Source: Verrucomicrobiota bacterium
Lineage (GTDB): Bacteria; Verrucomicrobiota; Verrucomicrobiia; Limisphaerales; UBA1100
Assembly (NCBI GenBank): GCA_028872645.1
Contig: JAPKDK010000001.1
Coordinates: 1-40,805, forward strand
Reading direction: 5' to 3'
Length of the DNA: 40,805 nucleotides
The notes below the pieces were generated by a model. The model did not search any database and was not told the origin of the DNA. It saw nothing but the letters and a program-made list of their open reading frames with translations. Positions 34,767 to 40,805 of the stretch are shown here, in pieces (within the stretch, counting starts at the first letter, position 1; each line of letters starts with the position of its first letter). The position numbers and the translations under genes are program-made.

Positions 34767-36251
34767 ATGAAACTTTCTGTAATTCATTCGTTGGGCCGGC
34801 TGTTGCTGGTGATTCTGTTGGCTGCGCCTGTTCTTTCCCGAGCGGCGGACAAACCGAATGTGTTATTCATCTTCGCCGATGATATGTGCTACGAGACCAT
34901 CGGGGCACTGGGATTGACGGATATTGATACGCCCAATCTGGACCGGCTTGTGAAGCGTGGCACCACCTTTACTCGTGCCTACAATATGGGTTCATGGAGT
35001 GGTGCGGTGTGTGTAGCCAGTCGGCACATGTTGATCACCGGTCGTTATATCTGGCGTGCGGAACAGGCTTCCAATCTTTTGGGCGGTCGGCGCAAGGGCA
35101 ATAAAAAACCTTTGCCGAATCAGGAAGCAAAACAGAAGGAATTTGATGGGCTATGGCCGCAGGTGCTAAAGCGTCAAGGCTACCAGACTTTCTTTACCGG
35201 CAAATGGCACATCCGTGCCAAGGCCGATGAAGCCTTTGAGGTGGCCCGCAACATCCGGCCTGGTATGCCCAACCAAACTGCTGCCGGGTACAACCGGCCG
35301 TTGCCCGGCAAACCCGATCCGTGGAGTCCCTACGACAAGAAATTTGATGGTTTCTGGAAAGGCGGCAAACACTGGAGTGAAATTGTAGCCGATGACACCA
35401 TTGATTTTCTGGGCATGGCCAAGAAGGATAAACGGCCCTTCTTCATGTATGTTGCTTTTAATGCACCGCACGACCCACGTCAGGCGCCCAAGGAATACGT
35501 CGACAAATATCCTCTGAGCCGCATCAAGGTGCCGAAGAATTATCTGGCTGAATATCCCTACAAGGAAGGCATGAAGGCTGGCAAAAATTTGCGGGATGAA
35601 AAACTGGGGCCTTTTCCTCGTACTGAGCACGCGGTGAAAGTTCACCGTCAGGAATACTATGCCATCATCACGCATCTGGACACGCAGGTGGGCCGCATTC
35701 TGGATTCGCTGGAGAAGAGTGGTCAGGCAAATAATACTTACATCTTTTTCAGCGCCGACCACGGGTTGGGCGTTGGGCATCATGGCCTGTTTGGAAAACA
35801 GAACCTGTATGAGCACAGCACGCGAGTGCCTTTCCTCGCCGTGGGTCCGGGTATCAAGTCGGGTGCCAAGATTGATGCTCCCATTTACCTGCAGGACATC
35901 CACGCCACTACCTTGGAACTAGCCGGAGCCAAGCAGTCCGATAAGGTGGAGTTTCACAGTATCATGCCGCTTTTGCGCGGTAAGGCTAAAAAACATGCCT
36001 ACGATGCCATTTACGGCGCCTATCTGGATGCCCAACGCAGCGTGACCATGGATGGTTATAAGCTCATTCTTTATCCCAGCTTACAGAAGAAGCGTCTCTA
36101 TAATATCATTGAGGACCCTCTGGAAATGAAAGATCTAGCGCATGATCCAAAACAGGAGAAACGCATAGCTACTCTTTATGGACGGTTGCTCAAACTGCAA
36201 AAGGAAATGGATGACAAGGTTGATCTGAAAATTGCCTTTCCAAATCTATAA
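34767..36251 (+). CDS. Sulfatase (S1 family) with a variant C-x-A-x-R active-site motif
   Basis: Signal MKLSVIHSLGRLLLVILLAAPVLSRA. PNVLFIFADDMCYE, CVASRHMLITGR, GKWHI, FFSADHGLGVGHHGLFGKQNLYEHSTRVPF. Confidence 0.9.
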   Translation: MKLSVIHSLGRLLLVILLAAPVLSRAADKPNVLFIFADDMCYETIGALGLTDIDTPNLDRLVKRGTTFTRAYNMGSWSGAVCVASRHMLITGRYIWRAEQASNLLGGRRKGNKKPLPNQEAKQKEFDGLWPQVLKRQGYQTFFTGKWHIRAKADEAFEVARNIRPGMPNQTAAGYNRPLPGKPDPWSPYDKKFDGFWKGGKHWSEIVADDTIDFLGMAKKDKRPFFMYVAFNAPHDPRQAPKEYVDKYPLSRIKVPKNYLAEYPYKEGMKAGKNLRDEKLGPFPRTEHAVKVHRQEYYAIITHLDTQVGRILDSLEKSGQANNTYIFFSADHGLGVGHHGLFGKQNLYEHSTRVPFLAVGPGIKSGAKIDAPIYLQDIHATTLELAGAKQSDKVEFHSIMPLLRGKAKKHAYDAIYGAYLDAQRSVTMDGYKLILYPSLQKKRLYNIIEDPLEMKDLAHDPKQEKRIATLYGRLLKLQKEMDDKVDLKIAFPNL

Positions 36252-36350
36252 CCACCCTTCATTTACGACCGTGCTATGAATTCGTTTCGGGGAATTTGGT
36301 GATCATATAATTGCCCTTGACCGGCTCGTTAATTCTTGGAAGCATTCGGA

Positions 36351-36881
36351 ATGAAGCCGATACTATTCGTTGCAACCTTCCTTTTGTCCTTGAGCCTGAC
36401 AGCTGAAGATTCTCTCTACAATATTCCCATCAAGGATATAAACAACAAGGCCGCCAGCCTTAAGGCCCATAAAGGCAAAGTAATGCTGGTGGTCAATGTG
36501 GCTTCGCAGTGTGGTCTTACTCCGCAGTACAGGCAGCTTCAGGCTGTTTATAAGAAATACGACGGCAAGGGTTTTATCGTGTGTGGTTTTCCCTGCAACC
36601 AGTTTGGTAGACAGGAGCCGGGTACCCTTGAGGAAATCAAGAAATTCTGCAGCTCAAAATACGATGTAAGTTTCCCTATGTACGCCAAGATAGACGTCAA
36701 TGGTGAGGGAGCGCATCCGCTGTACAAATCGCTAAAAAAACAAATTGGACCGGCCAAGATTAGTTGGAATTTTGAGAAGTTCCTGGTTGGTAAGAACGGC
36801 AAGGTGTTGAAACGGTTTTCTCCGGGAACCAAGCCCGATGCACCTGAAGTTATCAAAGCCATTGAGACGGCGCTCAAATAG
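36351..36881 (+). CDS. Glutathione peroxidase (Cys-type) with an N-terminal signal peptide
   Basis: MKPILFVATFLLSLSLTA, then the Gpx blocks VMLVVNVASQCGLTPQY, GFPCNQFGRQEPG, ISWNFEKFLVGKNG. The catalytic residue is encoded by TGT at 36510..36512 (Cys, not TGA/Sec). Confidence 0.9.
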   Translation: MKPILFVATFLLSLSLTAEDSLYNIPIKDINNKAASLKAHKGKVMLVVNVASQCGLTPQYRQLQAVYKKYDGKGFIVCGFPCNQFGRQEPGTLEEIKKFCSSKYDVSFPMYAKIDVNGEGAHPLYKSLKKQIGPAKISWNFEKFLVGKNGKVLKRFSPGTKPDAPEVIKAIETALK

Positions 36882-36907
36882 TGGGTGTGGTAGGGTTCTC
36901 TCAGGCA

Positions 36908-39352
36908 ATGAAAGAACAACGGAAATGGAATATCGCTGCTCAGGCTGATTTAGGGATCAGTATCGAATTGGTTGCGGTGCTAGTCGCTGGTGCATTCAGT
37001 TTGGGAGGTGCAGATATAAAGTCGGATTTGGAAGGCTTTCAGCAAAATGTGAAGCCACTGCTAAAGAAGTACTGTGTGGAGTGCCATGGTCCGGAAAAGC
37101 AAAAAGGAGACATGCGGCTGGATAACATTGATCCGGATGTGGTGATGGGTAGAAGCTTCGATCAATGGGAAGACGTTCGGGAAGTATTTAATACCGGTGA
37201 AATGCCCCCTGAAAAGAAAGCGCAACCTAGCGGCGCCGAACGTGACTTGATGACTCGCTGGATGGATGCGGAATTCAAAAAAGCGAAGCTCCATGGCTCC
37301 ACGAAGAAACGCGGTACGGTTCGGCGACTGACCCGTTATGAATTGCAATATGCGCTGGAAGATCTTCTGCAGTTTCCCGTTCAGAAAGAGATGAATATGC
37401 TCCCGGAAGAGGGGACGAGTCACGAAACCGGGTTAAAAAACAATTCCCGGTTGCTCATGATCAGTAGCCCCCACTTGGAATCATACCTTGACGCCGTAAT
37501 GACCATCATCAAACGAATGAAGGAAATCGCGGTTTTCGAACCTTTCGGCACCCGTGCCAATATCGCTAATTTGGAGGTTAATCCGCCGCCGAAATTCACT
37601 TCAGAAAAAAAGAAAATCAAGCCAGCCCTAAGTAAAGTATCGCGTTCAGGCAAAGGGGTTATACTTGAGAAAGGGGGCTATTTTGACCTGAACATAGCTT
37701 CCGTTTCCAAGTATAAATCCCAAACCTCTCTATTGGCGAAAGCGGACAGTCCGGGAAGGGTCGAGGTTGCCATGGGGTTCCAGCGTTCGGAAGTCGATAC
37801 TCGGCAGGTGATTCATGGGATGGGGGTCATTGAGATCGCCAAAGGCGACGAGGTTCAGAATTATATTTTGGAATCCTATCCGGAAGACTTGACCGATGAG
37901 TTCACCAAGGGCGATCGTCCCTTTTTTCTACGTATCACGAACCGGGGGGCGCAGAATATTTATCTGGAAAACTTGGAGTACCGGGGCAACGTGAATACGG
38001 AATTGGTGAAAACGTTGATTCCTCATGGTCTCCTGGAATCTGAAGTCAACCAACAGGTTAGCCGGAAGATTGCTTCCTTCATCAAGAAGGCCTTTCGAAG
38101 AACTCCCACCGAGGCGGAACTTAAAAAGTACCATCAGGTTTATCAACGTCATGCCAAAGATGAATCTCCGTCCATGGCCTTGCTAAGCGCCTACAAGGAA
38201 ATCCTCTGTTCGCCCAAGTTTTTTTATCTTGGTCTCCCGGGAAAGCTCCGGGCGGAAGAAAACGTGAATTTCATACTGGCTGAGCGACTCGCTTTTTTCT
38301 TGTGGTGCTCGATTCCTGACGAGCCATTGATCAAGGCTGCCTCAGAAGGCATTTTATCCCAATCTTCGGAACTGGAGTCTCAAGTGGAGCGCATGTTGAA
38401 AGATGAGAAATCGAGGAGATGGGTGGAACGTTTTGCCGACCAATGGTTGCAAACCTCTCAACTGGGTAACGTCGCCGTTGATCGGAACTACTACCCCAAA
38501 TTCAAGGATACGATCAAGGAACTGATGCATAGGGAAACCTACGAAGCCGTTAACGACGTCTTTCGGAACGGTTCTTCCGCATTGAACTTGCTGCAGGCGG
38601 ATCACGTGTTCGTAAACCAGACATTAGCTGGGTTCTACAAACTCAGGGGCGTGAGAGGTGAAGAATTCCGAAAGGTCGCAGTGGATGCAAAATCGCATCG
38701 AGGCGGTTTGCTGACCCAGGGCACGTTTCTCATTGGTAATTCAGACGGCATGAATTCTCATGCCATTCTCCGTGGCGTTTGGCTCGCTGACGTGATCCTT
38801 CACGCCCCCCCCCCCGATCCGCCCGCAAACGTGCCGCCGCTCGATGAAAGCATCCCCGGTTTCAATAAAATGACTCTCAATCAAAAGCTGTTTGCCCATA
38901 GCAACAATGAAGCCTGCCGGAGTTGTCATCAGAAAATTGATCCCTGGGGAATTCCCTTTGAAAATTTCGATGCCAGCGGGCTTTGGCGAACTAAAGTCCT
39001 GATTGTATCCAAAGCATCCGACCCGCCAAAGGATCAGGGAAGCGAGCAAAAAAAGAGAAAGCAGCTCGCCTTCGAAAAAAGCTACCTGGAGATCGAGTGT
39101 AAATCGACCCTGCCGGATGGTGCTAGCGTGGATGGCATCGATAAACTAAAGGCTTATCTGGTCAATCATCGGAAAAGGGATTTCGCCAAAGGTTTGGTGG
39201 AGCGGATTCTGGCTTATGGGCTCTCGCGGGATATCGATTTTCATGACGAAGATCTGGTGAACAGGCTAGTTGACCAGCTTGAGGCAAGGCAGTATTCTAT
39301 CCCTAATTTGATTAGAGAGATTGTCAAAAGCGAAGTGTTTTCAAACAGATAA
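36908..39352 (+). CDS. DUF1592-family protein (PVC-specific DUF1585/1587/1588/1592/1595 module set with an N-terminal CxxCH cytochrome-like motif)
   Basis: TM anchor ISIELVAVLVAGAFSLGG. LLKKYCVECHGPEKQKGDMRLDN. Later blocks LAERLAFFLWCSIPDE, GGLLTQGTFLIGNSDGMNSHAILRGVW and ACRSCHQKIDPWGIPFENFDASGLWR. Followed 17 nt later by its usual DUF1552 partner. Confidence 0.85.
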   Translation: MKEQRKWNIAAQADLGISIELVAVLVAGAFSLGGADIKSDLEGFQQNVKPLLKKYCVECHGPEKQKGDMRLDNIDPDVVMGRSFDQWEDVREVFNTGEMPPEKKAQPSGAERDLMTRWMDAEFKKAKLHGSTKKRGTVRRLTRYELQYALEDLLQFPVQKEMNMLPEEGTSHETGLKNNSRLLMISSPHLESYLDAVMTIIKRMKEIAVFEPFGTRANIANLEVNPPPKFTSEKKKIKPALSKVSRSGKGVILEKGGYFDLNIASVSKYKSQTSLLAKADSPGRVEVAMGFQRSEVDTRQVIHGMGVIEIAKGDEVQNYILESYPEDLTDEFTKGDRPFFLRITNRGAQNIYLENLEYRGNVNTELVKTLIPHGLLESEVNQQVSRKIASFIKKAFRRTPTEAELKKYHQVYQRHAKDESPSMALLSAYKEILCSPKFFYLGLPGKLRAEENVNFILAERLAFFLWCSIPDEPLIKAASEGILSQSSELESQVERMLKDEKSRRWVERFADQWLQTSQLGNVAVDRNYYPKFKDTIKELMHRETYEAVNDVFRNGSSALNLLQADHVFVNQTLAGFYKLRGVRGEEFRKVAVDAKSHRGGLLTQGTFLIGNSDGMNSHAILRGVWLADVILHAPPPDPPANVPPLDESIPGFNKMTLNQKLFAHSNNEACRSCHQKIDPWGIPFENFDASGLWRTKVLIVSKASDPPKDQGSEQKKRKQLAFEKSYLEIECKSTLPDGASVDGIDKLKAYLVNHRKRDFAKGLVERILAYGLSRDIDFHDEDLVNRLVDQLEARQYSIPNLIREIVKSEVFSNR
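38805..38815 (+). repeat. C11 homopolymer inside the DUF1592-family CDS
   Basis: Eleven consecutive C read directly. They encode part of HAPPPDPP. Confidence 0.95.
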
Positions 39353-39368
39353 GAAAAAACATAACGGA

Positions 39369-40712
39369 ATGGGATCTAAATCTTGGCATATTAAGCGACG
39401 AACTTTTTTGAGAGGAGCGGGCCTTTCTCTGGGGCTTCCTTTCCTCAACGCGATGGCCGTGGGCAAAGAGGCAAAAGCCATCAAAGCCTTACCCAAGCGT
39501 TCGGCATTCATCTTTTTCCCTAATGGAGTAAGCCTGCCACCGGAAAGGGATCCTCAGCATGAGGACTGGTACTGGTTCCCCAAAGGCGGTGGCAAAAGCT
39601 ACGAGTTCCGGACCAGTCAGGCGGCTTTGAACCCTTATCGCGAGGACATTTCCGTCGTCTCCGGTCTCTCTCATCCATTAAATCGGAATAGTGGAGATGC
39701 CCACGTCAACCCGACTGGCTTCCTGACCTCCAAGGAAATGATAAAAGGGAAGACCGTCCTTAACTCGATATCCATTGATCAAGCGATCAGCAACCACCAC
39801 GCAGGGAAGACGCAATTGGCCTCCATGCCGCTTTCCACTGTTGGGGGAGTCGGGAGTTTAACCAGAAACTACACCTTGTCTTACGATAAGGATGGAAAAG
39901 GGATTCCTGCCTGGTCGAATCTGAAGAAAATCTACGAACGCATGTACGTCGCAAGCAGTCCAGCGGCCTTGGATCGATTGCAGGGGAAAACCCATTTGCT
40001 TAACGAAATTCACGAGGATGCGAAGGACCTCAGGCGCAACCTTGGGAAGGAAGATCAGGGAACTCTCGAGGAGTACCTGCAAGCGATTTCCGAATTGGAA
40101 AAGAAAATTGCCAATGATCAACTATGGGCGAAAAAAGAGGCAGCGACCGCGCCTCCTGAAATCAAGCTGGATATCGAGTTTACCGATGTGGAAAACTACA
40201 TCCGGACGATGTACGACTTGATGTATATCGCCTTCAAATCAGACATTACCCGTGTCGCGACTTATCAAATTGCTTCCGAAGGTGGTACAGCGCCCACCAA
40301 CAATCTTTCCAAACGCATCGGTCTCACGAAGGACCTTCACCAATTGAGTCATTCCGCGGGCAAAGGAAAAGAAGGTTTCAAGGACTGGGGTATTTGGGAT
40401 CAATTCGTGGCCAAACAATTGGCTTACTTCATTAATCGCCTCAAGGAAACGCCGGAGGGCGACGGTAGTCTGCTTGATCGCACTCTCATCTTTCAGGGGG
40501 CGGCGACTTCAAGGGTTCACGATAACACGAACTTTCCGATCATCATGGCCGGCGGCAAGCAAATGGGCCACAAGACCGGGCAATTCGTCACCTACGACGA
40601 GAAGAAGAATGCCTTGTCCAACCTGTTTGCCAGAATCGGCAACGCAATGGATGTGCCGATGGAGAAGTTTGGGGATAGTAGCGGGAACCCGATGAGTGAG
40701 TTGTTTGGTTGA
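39369..40712 (+). CDS. DUF1552 protein (Tat signal), partner of the DUF1592-family protein
   Basis: Twin-arginine signal HIKRRTFLRGAGLSLGLPFL at ATG 39369; the tracked TTG 39321 overlaps the upstream gene. Family-type blocks AFIFFPNGV, SVVSGLSHP, LPSIDQ-like SISIDQAI, GDGSLLDRTLIFQGAATSRVHDNTNFPIIMAGG. Confidence 0.85.
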   Translation: MGSKSWHIKRRTFLRGAGLSLGLPFLNAMAVGKEAKAIKALPKRSAFIFFPNGVSLPPERDPQHEDWYWFPKGGGKSYEFRTSQAALNPYREDISVVSGLSHPLNRNSGDAHVNPTGFLTSKEMIKGKTVLNSISIDQAISNHHAGKTQLASMPLSTVGGVGSLTRNYTLSYDKDGKGIPAWSNLKKIYERMYVASSPAALDRLQGKTHLLNEIHEDAKDLRRNLGKEDQGTLEEYLQAISELEKKIANDQLWAKKEAATAPPEIKLDIEFTDVENYIRTMYDLMYIAFKSDITRVATYQIASEGGTAPTNNLSKRIGLTKDLHQLSHSAGKGKEGFKDWGIWDQFVAKQLAYFINRLKETPEGDGSLLDRTLIFQGAATSRVHDNTNFPIIMAGGKQMGHKTGQFVTYDEKKNALSNLFARIGNAMDVPMEKFGDSSGNPMSELFG

Positions 40713-40805
40713 TAAATAATAATTCTGACCAGACAAGTGTATCGTAAACCAAGGAAAACAGCTATCACACTCATCCGCCAGAAAACACTGAGAGATCTAA
40801 TTCTC

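Noticed and set aside
36510-36512. Possible selenocysteine in the glutathione peroxidase
   Set aside because: The catalytic codon is TGT (Cys), not TGA, so no recoding is needed.
1-40805. Scan for CRISPR arrays, tRNA/rRNA genes, IS elements, integrases, toxin-antitoxin or known defence genes
   Set aside because: I found no regularly spaced repeats, no cloverleaf-capable intergenic segments (most gaps are under 180 bp), and no transposase, integrase or nuclease-like ORFs. The only repeats are the short ones reported at 8200..8279.

Overview
This 40.8-kb chromosomal segment reads like a PVC-superphylum genome (Verrucomicrobiota/Planctomycetota type). It holds about 28 protein-coding genes. I saw no rRNA, tRNA, CRISPR array, transposase or integrase. 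Content in order: (1) a 5'-truncated sulfatase. (2) A translationally coupled four-gene operon of PVC-specific proteins of unknown function: cytochrome-c-domain/WD40, DUF1549-Big2-DUF1553, Tat-DUF1501 and a PPC-domain protein. (3) A ~280-bp intergenic patchwork of duplicated gene 3' ends. (4) Two paralogous dehydrogenase-like beta-propeller modules flanking trhO, one in an operon with an azurin-like cupredoxin and a DUF1080 protein. (5) A low-GC islet with a SAM methyltransferase. (6) A PhoD-like phosphatase and an SGNH esterase. (7) An OMF-MFP-RND efflux operon followed by an untracked 45-codon ORF whose ATG overlaps the RND stop. (8) Two tandem paralogs of a large unknown protein, each ending in an internal, leaderless pseudopilin/DUF1559-like module; the second is stop/start-coupled to a sulfatase. 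(9) An HI0933-type flavoprotein, two more sulfatases and a secreted Cys-type glutathione peroxidase. (10) A DUF1592-family/DUF1552 pair. The best candidate for an undescribed system is 26245..31905, followed by the DUF1080-cupredoxin-propeller/CBM operon (11733..15722). All functional calls rest on motif recognition by eye. No database search, HMM or structure prediction was run, and the GC statements are estimates from hand-counted lines.
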